Assembly (NCBI GenBank): GCA_964589945.1
Contig: CAZPVG010000009.1
Location: forward strand, 20,066-84,065
Length of the DNA: 64,000 bases
Direction: 5' to 3'
DNA from: an uncultured bacterium
Lineage (GTDB): Bacteria > Eisenbacteria > RBG-16-71-46
Position 1 is the stretch's first letter. Every line of letters begins with the position of its first letter. Under the pieces are notes generated by a model. The model saw only the letters and a list, made by a program, of their open reading frames with translations, did not search any database and had not been told where the DNA came from. This document shows, piece after piece, positions 48,359 to 57,991 of the stretch. Made by a program: the position numbers and the translations under genes.

Positions 48359-49762
48359 GTGAGCGAGCCCGTCTTCGACCTCATCGTCATCGGCTCGGGA
48401 CCCGGGGGCTACACGGCCGCCCTGCGCGCGGCGCAGCTCGGCATGAAGACCGCGTGCGTCGAGAAGTACCCGGTGGTGGGCGGGACCTGCCTGAACGTGG
48501 GCTGCATCCCGAGCAAGGCGTTGCTGGATTCGAGCGAGCACTTCGACCTCGCGCGGCACGGCTTCGCCCAGCACGGCATCCGGGCCACCGTCGAGCTCGA
48601 CCTGCCGGCGATGATGAAGCGCAAGGACGGCGTCGTGCGCGATCTCACGCGGGGCGTCGAGGGCCTGTTCCGCCGCGCCGGGATCGAGCGCGTCGAGGGC
48701 ACGGGCCGCATCGCGCGACCCGGCCTCGTCGAGGTCGCGACAGCCGGAGGGACGCGCGCGCTCGAAACGCGCCGCATCCTCGTCGCGACGGGCAGCAAGG
48801 CGGCGGCGCTGCCCGGCATCCCGTTCGACGGCCGGCGGATCGTCCACTCGACCGACGCGCTCGCGCTTCCCGAGGTCCCGAAGCGGCTGATCGTGGTCGG
48901 GGCGGGGGCGATCGGTCTCGAGCTCGGCTCCGTCTGGCGGCGTCTCGGGGCCGAGGTCCTCGTGCTCGAGTACCTGGGGCGGATCACGCCGACCATGGAC
49001 GAGGAGGGCGCGAAGCTCCTTCAGCGCGCGCTCCAGCGTCAGGGCATGACGTTCCGCTTCGGCGTCTCGGCGAAGTCCGCGCGGGTCAAGGGCGGCCAGG
49101 TCCTCGTCGAGGTCGTGCCGGCGGAAGGTGGCGAAGCGACGGTGGAGACCTGCGACGTGCTGCTCGTCGCCGTCGGGCGGCGCCCGTACACCGAGGGCCT
49201 CGGCCTCGCCGAGGCCGGGGTGCGGACGGACGAGCGCGGCCGGATCGAGGTGGACGCGCACTGGAGCACGAACGTGCCCGGCATCTGGGCGATCGGCGAC
49301 GTGATCGCCGGCCCGATGCTCGCGCACAAGGCGGAGGAGGAGGGCATCGCCTGCGTCGAGCGGATGAACGGGCTCGCGGGCCACGTCGCCTACGAGGCGA
49401 TCCCGAACGTCGTCTACACCTGGCCGGAGTTCGCCTCCGTCGGGCTCACCGAGCAGGAGGCGAAGGAACGCGGGCACGAGGTCGCCGTCGGGGCCTTCCC
49501 GTTCCTCGCGAACGGACGCGCGAAGGCGATGGGCGAGAAGGACGGGCAGGTCCGCATCGTGGCGGACGCGAAGACCGACCGCATCCTCGGCGCGCACATC
49601 GTCGGCCCCCGCGCGAGCGACCTCGTCGCCGAGCTCGTGCTCGCGATCGAGCTGGGCGCGAGTGCCGAGGACGTCGCGCGGACCGTCCACGCCCACCCGA
49701 CGCTGCCCGAGGCGGTGCGCGAAGCCGCGCTCGCCGTGGCCAAGCGGGCCCTGAACGCCTGA
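48359..49762 (+). CDS. lpdA: Dihydrolipoyl dehydrogenase (E3)
   Basis: FDLIVIGSGPGGY, redox-active GGTCLNVGCIPSK, 467 aa. Confidence 0.9.
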   Translation: MSEPVFDLIVIGSGPGGYTAALRAAQLGMKTACVEKYPVVGGTCLNVGCIPSKALLDSSEHFDLARHGFAQHGIRATVELDLPAMMKRKDGVVRDLTRGVEGLFRRAGIERVEGTGRIARPGLVEVATAGGTRALETRRILVATGSKAAALPGIPFDGRRIVHSTDALALPEVPKRLIVVGAGAIGLELGSVWRRLGAEVLVLEYLGRITPTMDEEGAKLLQRALQRQGMTFRFGVSAKSARVKGGQVLVEVVPAEGGEATVETCDVLLVAVGRRPYTEGLGLAEAGVRTDERGRIEVDAHWSTNVPGIWAIGDVIAGPMLAHKAEEEGIACVERMNGLAGHVAYEAIPNVVYTWPEFASVGLTEQEAKERGHEVAVGAFPFLANGRAKAMGEKDGQVRIVADAKTDRILGAHIVGPRASDLVAELVLAIELGASAEDVARTVHAHPTLPEAVREAALAVAKRALNA

Positions 49763-50103
49763 GCCGGAGCCTCGCCGCCGCGCGGCCCTTTCCGACGACC
49801 GCCCCGCGGGTCCGTTCTCTTTCTATAAGGAGCGTCCGGGATGGTGAAATCCTCCCTCCGGCCGCCTCCGGGCCGGCCCCGGACCGGCGCGAGGACGTTC
49901 GCAGGCAGGTGCTCGGGCCTAAGTCACTGAAAAAGCGCTTGCTAGCGGCCGGTGGTCCAATGCTAGACTCGTTGCGTCAGTGAGCTGTCGAAGGACCCGT
50001 CTGCGCGCCTTTGGTCCCCCCTTCCGCGCAGGCCGCCGGCGGCACGGCTGCCCCGGTGACTCCCGTACGGCATACGCAAGAGGCAACTCAAGGAGAACCG
50101 CCG

Positions 50104-50865
50104 ATGAGGCTGAAGTACGTCCTCGGGGTCGTGGCGCTCGCCTGCACCGCCGGCGCACTCGCGATGCCCGCGAACGCCGCGGGCCCCGTCCCTGTCGTTT
50201 TCGGGACCAGCTGGGACGGGCCCTCCCACACGCTGCAGGGCATCGTGGACACCTACCTCGGTGTGCCGGGCGCGATCGACGTGCACGCCGACTTCATCGG
50301 TGCCCGCGCCGGCGACCTGGATCCGTGGTTCTGGGTCGGCAGCTCCATCCCCGCCCTGATGATCACGGAAGTGGCCGGCAACGCGGGCACCAACCAGCTC
50401 GGCTGGTACAAGGAGACGCTCGCGCCGCCCTTGATCGACGGAACGGACGACGGCGTCGTGTTCACGGGGTCGCAGGGCACGGATGCCAGCGTCGTCGTGC
50501 TGGTTCCGACGGGCACGACCAAGTTCGGCTTCTACCTCGACCCGCAGCCCTGGAACGCGGCCCCGCACGAGCGATTCTTCACGAACCGCTTCCTGAACAC
50601 GCCGGGGCCGAACGGGACCGGCGCCGTGCACGCTCCCTACGACGGCGACGTGCAGGCGATCGTGTTCGACGTCTCCCGCTGGAAGGGACCGAACACCTGG
50701 CTCGTGTGCTTCGAAGACCTCGACGCCGGCAACCCGATCACGCCCTGCTGTTCGGGAACGGACGACGACTACAACGACATGATCTTCCAGGTCACGGCTC
50801 TCGGTGCGACCCCGACCCGGACGCTGACGTTCGGCGGGCTCAAGTCGCGATTCAACGGCCGCTGA
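50104..50865 (+). CDS. Secreted hypothetical protein with a C-terminal acidic DDDYNDM motif (DUF4114-like)
   Basis: AAGGAGAA ribosome-binding site, signal peptide, C-terminal …VCFEDLDAGNP…GTDDDYNDMIFQV. Confidence 0.55.
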   Translation: MRLKYVLGVVALACTAGALAMPANAAGPVPVVFGTSWDGPSHTLQGIVDTYLGVPGAIDVHADFIGARAGDLDPWFWVGSSIPALMITEVAGNAGTNQLGWYKETLAPPLIDGTDDGVVFTGSQGTDASVVVLVPTGTTKFGFYLDPQPWNAAPHERFFTNRFLNTPGPNGTGAVHAPYDGDVQAIVFDVSRWKGPNTWLVCFEDLDAGNPITPCCSGTDDDYNDMIFQVTALGATPTRTLTFGGLKSRFNGR

Positions 50866-50923
50866 CCCGGCGAGACCGGCATCCTCCCGGGCGCCCGGCC
50901 CCCGTGGCCGGGCGCCATGCCAT

Positions 50924-51817
50924 TTGACCTCGCGCACGCGCGAATCCATCTTGCCCGCCATGCCGACGCTCCGAATGGGTGACTGGACGCTGCACACGAT
51001 CGAGACCGGGTTCCTGTGGCTCGACGGCGGCTCGATGTTCGGCTCCGTGCCGAAACCGCTCTGGAACCGGACGAATCCGGCCGACGAGCGCAACCGCATC
51101 CGTCTGGCGATGCGCTGCCTCCTGCTCTCCGGTCACGGCCGTCACGTGCTCGTGGACATCGGCGTGGGCGGAAAGTTCGACGCGAAGCTGCGCGACATCT
51201 ACCGGCTGGAGGACGAACCACGGCTCGCGGACTCGCTCACGGCCGCCGGGGTCGCGCCCGAGGCGGTCACCGACGTGGTGTTGACGCACCTGCACTTCGA
51301 CCACGCCGGCGGGGCCACGGCCCGCAGGGACGGCCGGCTCGTCCCGGGCCTGCCGAACGCGCGCTGGTACGTGCAGCGGCGCAACTGGGAGAACGCCCAC
51401 GCGCCCAATCCCCGCGAGCGGGCCTCCTACATGCCCGAGAACTACGATGCGCTCGAGGAAGCGGGAGTCCTGGAGCTGTGGGACGGTCCGGTGAGGCCCT
51501 GGCCCGGCGTGGAGATGATCACGGCCGAGGGCCACACGCGCGGACAGCAGCTCCTGAGGGTCGAGGGCGGGGGGAGCGCCGCGTACTTCGTGGCCGACCT
51601 CATCCCGACCGCTGCGCACGTGCGGATCCCGTACGTGATGGGCTACGACGTGGCCGCGATCGAGACGATGGACGAGAAGCGGCGGCTGCTCTCCCGAGCG
51701 GCGGCCGAGAAGGCCTGGATCGTGCTCGAGCACGATCCCGAAACGGCCCTGGCCCGCCCGGTCGAGGAGCACGGCGACTTCGGGTGGGCCGAGCGCGTTC
51801 CCGCTTCGGCGGCCTGA
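50924..51817 (+). CDS. MBL-fold metallo-hydrolase
   Basis: HLHFDH metal-binding motif. A probable start lies at M 50960. Confidence 0.8.
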   Translation: MTSRTRESILPAMPTLRMGDWTLHTIETGFLWLDGGSMFGSVPKPLWNRTNPADERNRIRLAMRCLLLSGHGRHVLVDIGVGGKFDAKLRDIYRLEDEPRLADSLTAAGVAPEAVTDVVLTHLHFDHAGGATARRDGRLVPGLPNARWYVQRRNWENAHAPNPRERASYMPENYDALEEAGVLELWDGPVRPWPGVEMITAEGHTRGQQLLRVEGGGSAAYFVADLIPTAAHVRIPYVMGYDVAAIETMDEKRRLLSRAAAEKAWIVLEHDPETALARPVEEHGDFGWAERVPASAA

Positions 51818-51850
51818 CCTCCGGCCGAGGCCGGCAAGCCCGGGAGTTCC

Positions 51851-52501
51851 ATGTTCCACCAACTGTTCGCGACCTGGATGCGGCTCACCCTGGAGTGGGG
51901 CTACGGGGGCGTCTTCGCCCTCATGGCCATCGAGTCCACGGTCTTCCCGCTGCCGAGCGAGCTCGTCGTGCCCCCGGCCGCCTACTGGGCGCAGCAGGGC
52001 CACCTGTCCTTCTGGGGTGTGGTGCTGGCCGCGACGCTGGGCTCGTGGTTCGGGGCGACGCTCTCGTACGCCTTCGCGGCCTGGGTCGGGCGGCCGGCGA
52101 TCCTCCGCTACGGCAAGTACTTCTTCGTACCCGAGAAGAAGTGGCTGCTGGCCGAGGGCTGGATCCTCCGCTACTCGGCCGTCGGCGTGTTCTTCGCCCG
52201 GCTGCTGCCCGTCGTCCGGCACCTCGTCTCGCTGCCCGCCGGCGCGGCGCGCATGAACTTCCGCGTGTTCTCGGCGATGACACTGCTCGGCTCCTTCGCC
52301 TGGTCGGTCGTGCTGGCGTGGTTCGGGGCCCGCGTGCTGGGAAGCGAGCCGCGCCTGCTCCAGGAGCCCGACGCGCTCATGCACGTCCTCAAGGCCAAGC
52401 TCGCCTGGTTCGTCGGGGCGGCCGCCCTGCTGCTCGTGCTCTACATCGTGGTGGACCTGCTCGGCCGCCGGGTCCGGCAGAACGCGACGACGGACGCCTG
52501 A
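51851..52501 (+). CDS. DedA-family (SNARE-associated/TVP38) membrane protein
   Basis: 216 aa with the DedA signature region …GWILRYSAVGVFFARLLPVVRHLVSLPAG. Confidence 0.8.
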   Translation: MFHQLFATWMRLTLEWGYGGVFALMAIESTVFPLPSELVVPPAAYWAQQGHLSFWGVVLAATLGSWFGATLSYAFAAWVGRPAILRYGKYFFVPEKKWLLAEGWILRYSAVGVFFARLLPVVRHLVSLPAGAARMNFRVFSAMTLLGSFAWSVVLAWFGARVLGSEPRLLQEPDALMHVLKAKLAWFVGAAALLLVLYIVVDLLGRRVRQNATTDA

Positions 52502-52632
52502 GCCTCCCGGCCCGGGGCGCCCTTTCCGGGGAGGCGGCGCGATCGTCGCCCGGCGGTTGATTCGGGCTCGCGGCGTGGACTAACGTGCGTGCGTTCACCC
52601 AGTCTCGCCGCCCCCGGCCCGGAACCGCCGCC

Positions 52633-53736
52633 ATGCCTTCCGTCGAACTGTCCAAGCTCGGCAAGACCTACGGTCGAGGCCAGAAGGCCGTCGACAGCGT
52701 CGATCTCGTGATCCGCGACGGCGAGTTCCTCGTGCTCGTCGGTCCCTCGGGCTGCGGGAAGTCCACCGTGCTGCGCATGGTCGCGGGGCTCGAGGACATC
52801 TCGGACGGGCAGGTCCGCATCGGCGACCGGGTCGTGAACGACGTCGCGCCGAAGGACCGCGACGTCGCCATGGTCTTCCAGAACTACGCGCTCTACCCGC
52901 ACATGAGCGTGTTCGAGAACATGGCGTTCGGCCTCCGCCGTCGCGGCATCGCCGAGGGCGAGGTCCGACGCAAGGTCGAGGAGACCGCGGAGATGCTCGG
53001 CCTCTCCGGCTACCTGCAGCGGCGGCCCCGTGAGCTGTCGGGCGGCGAGCGCCAGCGCGTGGCGCTGGGCCGGGCGATGGTGCGCAAGCCGCAGGTCTTC
53101 CTGTTCGACGAGCCGCTCTCGAACCTCGACGCGAAGCTGCGCGTCCAGATGCGCGCCGAGATCAAGCGGCTCCACCAGCGCGTCGGCGCGACGATGATCT
53201 ACGTCACGCACGACCAGGTGGAGGCCATGACGCTGGGCGACCGCATCGCGGTCATGCGCAAGGGCGTCCTCCAGCAGTGCGCGGACCCGTTCACGCTCTA
53301 CACGTCGCCCGCCAACGTGTTCGTGGCCGGGTTCATCGGCAGCCCCCCGATCAACTTCTTCCCGGCGAACGTCACCGCCGACGGCGCGGCCGTCGAAGCG
53401 GGCGGCGTCCGCATCGCCCTCGACTCCCCGGGGCGCGCGGCGGTCTCGGAGCGGGCCGGCGCCGAGGTGACCGTGGGCGTGCGGCCCGAGGACCTGCGCC
53501 TTGCCAACGGCGCCGGCGGCCTGGCGATCCCGGCCACGGTCGAGGTCCGCGAGCCGCTCGGCAACGAGACCCTGGTGCACTGGCGCTGGGCCGCGGGCAC
53601 GCTCGTCTCGCGGGTGCCCGGCCAGAAGGCGCCCGGGGTGGGCGAGAGCGTGACGCTGCACTGCTCGCTCGAGAAGCTGCACTTCTTCGACCCCGCCTCC
53701 GAACGCTCGCTGGCCGCGGCCACCGTCGCGGCCTGA
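52633..53736 (+). CDS. ABC transporter ATP-binding protein of the sugar-importer MalK/UgpC/MsmX type; solitary
   Basis: Walker A GPSGCGKST, LSGGERQRVALGRA signature, Walker B FLFDEPLSNLD, C-terminal TOBE-like regulatory domain. No permease or binding protein adjacent. Confidence 0.85.
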   Translation: MPSVELSKLGKTYGRGQKAVDSVDLVIRDGEFLVLVGPSGCGKSTVLRMVAGLEDISDGQVRIGDRVVNDVAPKDRDVAMVFQNYALYPHMSVFENMAFGLRRRGIAEGEVRRKVEETAEMLGLSGYLQRRPRELSGGERQRVALGRAMVRKPQVFLFDEPLSNLDAKLRVQMRAEIKRLHQRVGATMIYVTHDQVEAMTLGDRIAVMRKGVLQQCADPFTLYTSPANVFVAGFIGSPPINFFPANVTADGAAVEAGGVRIALDSPGRAAVSERAGAEVTVGVRPEDLRLANGAGGLAIPATVEVREPLGNETLVHWRWAAGTLVSRVPGQKAPGVGESVTLHCSLEKLHFFDPASERSLAAATVAA

Positions 53737-53959
53737 CGCGCCGCGGGCCTCGGGATCCGTCAGCCACGCTGGCAGGGCCGAGACTGCCAATCTGGCCGCG
53801 GGCCCGAACGCCCTCCGTGCCGGCCGCTGCCGCTCCCCCTGCGCTTCCCCTTGGGCCCGAACGGGTTCGGCCGGATTCCTGAGTCGCCCCGCCGGCGGGG
53901 CATGTGGCACGCGCATTGCGGCCCCGGGAACGTGCTCGCAGGGGAAGCGGGAGGGTCCC

Positions 53960-54397
53960 ATGAAGATCGTGCTCGGATTCGACGATTCGCCGCACGCGCT
54001 CGAAGCGCTCCACTGGATCCGCCGCCAGGCGTGGCCCGCCGGCACGCGCATCATCGTGGTCTCGGCCGTCAGGGCTCCGGTTACCGCCTACGCCGAGGTC
54101 TACGCCCCGGCTGTTCCATACCCGTCGGAGATGGTCGAGGAGCTGACCCGCCACCACGAGGAGCTGACGATGAAGGCCGAAGCCGAGCTTCGCGAGTCCG
54201 GCTTCGCCACGACCGCGCGCGTCCTTCAGGGTGACCCGCGCGAGGTGCTCGTCGAGGCGGTGAAGTCCGAGGGCGCGGAGATGCTCGTCGTGGGCTCGCA
54301 CGGGCGGACGGGGCTCGCGAAGCTCCTGCTCGGCAGCGTGGCCACGTACGTCGTGGCGCACGCACCCTGCACCGTCGTCGTCGTCAAGCGCCGCTGA
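53960..54397 (+). CDS. Universal stress protein
   Basis: 145 aa, UspA fold with GSHGRTGLAKLLLGSV ATP-binding motif. GGAGGG ribosome-binding site. Confidence 0.85.
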   Translation: MKIVLGFDDSPHALEALHWIRRQAWPAGTRIIVVSAVRAPVTAYAEVYAPAVPYPSEMVEELTRHHEELTMKAEAELRESGFATTARVLQGDPREVLVEAVKSEGAEMLVVGSHGRTGLAKLLLGSVATYVVAHAPCTVVVVKRR

Positions 54398-54423
54398 GGC
54401 GGGGAGGGGTGGAGGTGGACGCG

Positions 54424-54455
54424 CCGGTCCGGCGTCGATGCGCCGGACCGGCGGC
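54424..54455. terminator. 13-bp hairpin between convergent usp and methyltransferase genes
   Basis: CGCCGGTCCGGCG-tcgatg-CGCCGGACCGGCG, read directly. Confidence 0.4.
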
Positions 54456-54470
54456 GACGCGCCCGGCCGA

Positions 54471-55286
54471 TCAGCCCGGGCGGCGCGCGAGCAGGCGCGC
54501 GAGGATCGGACCACCCTCCGGGGCGTCCTCCTCGTAGGCCTCTACCTCGAGCCCCGGGAACGCGCTTCGCAGCTCGCCCGGCTCGAGCAGGAAGCGCGGA
54601 TTGCGCGGACGCCCGTAGCGCTCCTGCCCGGCGAGGAACGTCTCGTAGACGAGCGCCCCACCCGGTGAGAGCGCCCGCCCGATCCAGGGCAGGAGCGGTC
54701 GGTGCAGGAACCGCACGACGACGATCACGTCCCAGCCCGGTTCCGCCGCGGGGGGCTCGGCGTCCTCGAGCTCCACGAGGCGCGTCACGAGCGGCACCGG
54801 GATGGTGGCGGCGAGCCGTCGCGCCCGATCGAGCGGGACCGGATCGTGATCCCACGCCTCGGCGCTCCAGCCGTGCATCGCGAGGTACACCGCGTCCCGG
54901 CCCGAGCCTGCGGCCAGGTCGAGGGCCCGCCCGCGCGGCAGGCGGGGCAGCACGCGCTCGAGCAGCGGCGACGGCCGCCACAGCCGCGCCGGCGGGTCCG
55001 TTTCGGCCCGGCTGCCCGGCAACGTCGCCAGCGGCACGTCGAGCCAGAGGACGTCCCGGTAGCCGAGCAGCGCGAGCGAGGTCGCCGCGCGGCGCGCCTC
55101 GGCCGGGTCGTCGTGCACGACCAGAATCGGCGCGGTGCGCGGCGGCAGCTCGGCCCGGCGCTCCCGGAACTCCGCGTGCGCGATGCGCCCCGCGCCGGCG
55201 ACGTGGCCCCGCGCGAACTCGCCGGGAGCGCGGGCGTCGAGCACGAGGCGGTCCGCGGAGCGTGCGGCGGCCTGCGCCGGCGTCAC
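54471..55286 (-). CDS. Rhodanese-like domain (no catalytic Cys) fused to a class-I SAM-dependent methyltransferase (TehB/TPMT-like)
   Basis: GTG start chosen at 55286. The 68 codons upstream, back to the ATG at 55490, are low-complexity P/G/R-rich. MTase motif I LDLAAGSGRD. Confidence 0.6.
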   Translation of the reverse strand: MTPAQAAARSADRLVLDARAPGEFARGHVAGAGRIAHAEFRERRAELPPRTAPILVVHDDPAEARRAATSLALLGYRDVLWLDVPLATLPGSRAETDPPARLWRPSPLLERVLPRLPRGRALDLAAGSGRDAVYLAMHGWSAEAWDHDPVPLDRARRLAATIPVPLVTRLVELEDAEPPAAEPGWDVIVVVRFLHRPLLPWIGRALSPGGALVYETFLAGQERYGRPRNPRFLLEPGELRSAFPGLEVEAYEEDAPEGGPILARLLARRPG

Positions 55287-55546
55287 CGCGTGTGCGTGGC
55301 CGCGCGGCGGCGAGCCGCCGACCGGCGGCCGGCCGTCGGTCGTGGCGCCGGGATTCCCCGGGATCGCACCGGGGAGCGGGTGGGGAGCGCGCGTGCGGAT
55401 GGGGCCTCCGGGTGGACGGAAGGGTGTAAGGCTAGCCCGGACACGCGCGGTGGCACAACGAGGTTGATGCGCGCGGATGCGGGAGGCCATACTCGGCGTT
55501 CCGCGGCCGGCGTCACGATCCGACCGGCACCGCCGGTCTCCCGAAC

Positions 55547-57478
55547 ATGAAGATTTCCCTGATTCCCTGCGTGTTCGCCGCCTGCCTCGCCCTCACCGCA
55601 GGGCCCCGGCTCGCGCACGCCACGATCCGCCCCGGGACCCCCGACCGCCCCTCGCGCGAAGCGGCGAGCCTCGTCGAGCGGGCGACGGAGCGCCTCCGGC
55701 GGGGGACCGTCGAGGCGAGGCGGGGCGCCATCGCCGACCTCGAGCAGGCGGTGAAGCTCGCCCCGTCGCGGCCCGAGTACCAGCTCCTGCTCGCCCGCGC
55801 CTACATGGCGGCGGGCTTCCTGCGGCTGGCCCGCGAGCGGTTCGCGCGCGTCACCGCGTTGGCTCCCGAGGACGCCGAGGCGCGGTTCGGGCTCGGCCGC
55901 ATGTGGCGGCGCGACTACCTCAAGTACCTCGACACGACCTCGCTCGTGCGGGCCGTGGACCAGCTCGCCCAGGCCACGCGGCTCGACCCCGCGAACGTCG
56001 CGGCGTGGGTGATGCTCGCCTCGCTCGACCTCGAGCGGGGCGAGCTCCATGCGGCGCTGTCGGCGGCCCGGAGCGCGTGCGGCCGGGCGCCGCGATCGCC
56101 CGAGGCGCTCTCGGCGCTCGGCGCCGCGCGCTGGCGCCTGGGCGACGTCGAGGGTGCCGACAGCGCGTTCACGGCGGCGATGCCCCGCCTGCCGCGCAAC
56201 GTCCGGGAGCGGTTCGACGACATCGCCCCGCTCGCCACGGAGCGGGACACCGCGTACTACAACCACCTGCCTCCGGAAGGGAAGCGCGAGTACGCGCGAC
56301 GCTTCTGGTCCGAGCACGACCCGGACCTCACCACGCCCGAGAACGAGGCGCGCCTCGAATACTGGGCGCGCGTCGCGCAGGCCTGGTTCCTCTGGTACGA
56401 CACGAAGCACGAGGAGTGGGACGAGCGCGGGGAGGTCTACGTGCGCTTCGGTCCGCCCGAGCGGCAGGTGTACAACCCCGTCGGCACGAGGCTCTCGGCC
56501 CCGGTGGCGGCCACGTCGCAGTTCTTCTTCCCGATGAACGTGCTGCGCTGGGAATACCCGGCGCTGGGCATGAGCGTGACGCTGCAGGACCGCCTGCTCT
56601 CGGAGTACTACCTGCTGCAGCGCTACACGGACCGCGAGCCCGACCCGCACCCGGACCCCGACTCGCTCGCGAGACTCGGCATGGTCGCGACCCCGGAGGC
56701 CCGGGGCGTCTTCCCGCCGCTCCCCCCGCGGTCCCACCGGATCCCGTTCAAGGGACAGGTCGCGCGCTTCGAGGGGGCGGGGCGCCCGCGGCTCGTCTCG
56801 ACGCTCGAGGTCGCCGCCGCGCCGGCCGACTCGCTCGTCGCCGGGTACGTCGTGCTCGACAGCACCGACCACGTCGCGACCCGGGGCTCGCGGTCGCTCT
56901 CGCCCTCGGCCTGCGAGCCGGACCGCTTTCGCGTCGCGGACTTCGCGAGCGACCTGCCGCCGGGCGAGTACCGGGTCGGGCTCTCGCTCCACGGACCGGG
57001 CGGCCGCGGGGCGCTCCGCCTCCCGGTCACCGTGCCGCCCCCGGACTCCTCGCTCGCGTTGAGCGACCTCGTCGTGACGTGCGGGACCCCGGCGCCGCTC
57101 GAGGCCGCGGTGCGCCTGGCGGCGAACCCTTCCGGACGAGTGCCGGGTGACGGGCCGCTCACGGCGTACTTCGAGATCTACCGGCTGGCGACCGACGCGC
57201 ACGGCGACGCCCGCTTCGAGATCGGCTGGGTCGTGCGCTCGGACGAGCGCGACCCGCGCATCTGGCTGCAGCGGGCACTGGCGCCCCGGCGCGCGACGCC
57301 CTCGATCGAGGCCACGCGGCGGGTGACGCAGGCCGGACCGCTGCGCCGCCAGTTCGTGAGCGTCCCGGTCACGTCGCTGCCGCCCGGCCGCTACCGGCTC
57401 GAGGTCACGGTCCGCGACCTGCTCTCGGGCGCGGAGGCCACCGGGATGGCGCGATTCGTGCGGCCGGCGGGGCCCTGA
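55547..57478 (+). CDS. Secreted TPR-repeat protein with a GWxTD domain
   Basis: Signal peptide, N-terminal TPR-like helices, and a central RRFWSEHDPDLTTPENE…WFLWYDTKHEEWDERGEVYVRFGPP matching the GWxTD-domain pattern. Confidence 0.65.
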   Translation: MKISLIPCVFAACLALTAGPRLAHATIRPGTPDRPSREAASLVERATERLRRGTVEARRGAIADLEQAVKLAPSRPEYQLLLARAYMAAGFLRLARERFARVTALAPEDAEARFGLGRMWRRDYLKYLDTTSLVRAVDQLAQATRLDPANVAAWVMLASLDLERGELHAALSAARSACGRAPRSPEALSALGAARWRLGDVEGADSAFTAAMPRLPRNVRERFDDIAPLATERDTAYYNHLPPEGKREYARRFWSEHDPDLTTPENEARLEYWARVAQAWFLWYDTKHEEWDERGEVYVRFGPPERQVYNPVGTRLSAPVAATSQFFFPMNVLRWEYPALGMSVTLQDRLLSEYYLLQRYTDREPDPHPDPDSLARLGMVATPEARGVFPPLPPRSHRIPFKGQVARFEGAGRPRLVSTLEVAAAPADSLVAGYVVLDSTDHVATRGSRSLSPSACEPDRFRVADFASDLPPGEYRVGLSLHGPGGRGALRLPVTVPPPDSSLALSDLVVTCGTPAPLEAAVRLAANPSGRVPGDGPLTAYFEIYRLATDAHGDARFEIGWVVRSDERDPRIWLQRALAPRRATPSIEATRRVTQAGPLRRQFVSVPVTSLPPGRYRLEVTVRDLLSGAEATGMARFVRPAGP

Positions 57479-57556
57479 ACGACCGCCGGAATCCGGGGTG
57501 GAGGGCCGGGAACCGGCGTCCGATAACGAGGACGAACGATTCAACCCCCACCGTGA

Positions 57557-57964
57557 ATGGAATCCGACATGCCCGAGTCCCGCCCCCGCGTTCTCATCGT
57601 GGACGACGAGCCCGACCTGCGTTCGGTGCTCCGCTTCGGCCTCGAGGCCGAGCGCTTCGAGGTGCTCGAGGCCGCCGACGGGGAAGAGGGCCTGCGGCTC
57701 GCGTGCGACCAGGTCCCGGACCTGATCGTGCTGGACCTGATGCTGCCGCGGATGGACGGTTACAAGGTCTGCCGGGCGCTCAAGTTCGACGACCGCTACC
57801 GGCGGATCCCGGTGATCATCCTGAGCGCGCGACAGGGCGAGACCGACCGGCGGCTCGCGCTGGACCTGGGAGCGGACGCCTACCTGACGAAGCCCTACGA
57901 CATGAAGGACCTCGTCACGCGGATCCGCGAGCGCCTGCAGGCCCGGGCGGCCGACGCGGCCTGA
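57557..57964 (+). CDS. Single-domain response regulator (CheY-like receiver)
   Basis: VLIVDDEP, the phospho-acceptor D in LIVLDLMLP, KPYD. Alternative start at 57569. Confidence 0.85.
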   Translation: MESDMPESRPRVLIVDDEPDLRSVLRFGLEAERFEVLEAADGEEGLRLACDQVPDLIVLDLMLPRMDGYKVCRALKFDDRYRRIPVIILSARQGETDRRLALDLGADAYLTKPYDMKDLVTRIRERLQARAADAA

Positions 57965-57991
57965 GCGGCGGTTCGCCGGGCCCGGCCCGCG

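Noticed and set aside
53790-53870. Direct repeat GGGCCCGAACG (x2) and small palindrome CCGAACGGGTTCGG upstream of the usp gene
   Set aside because: Short and GC-rich enough to occur by chance in this genome. Noted but not called as a regulatory site.
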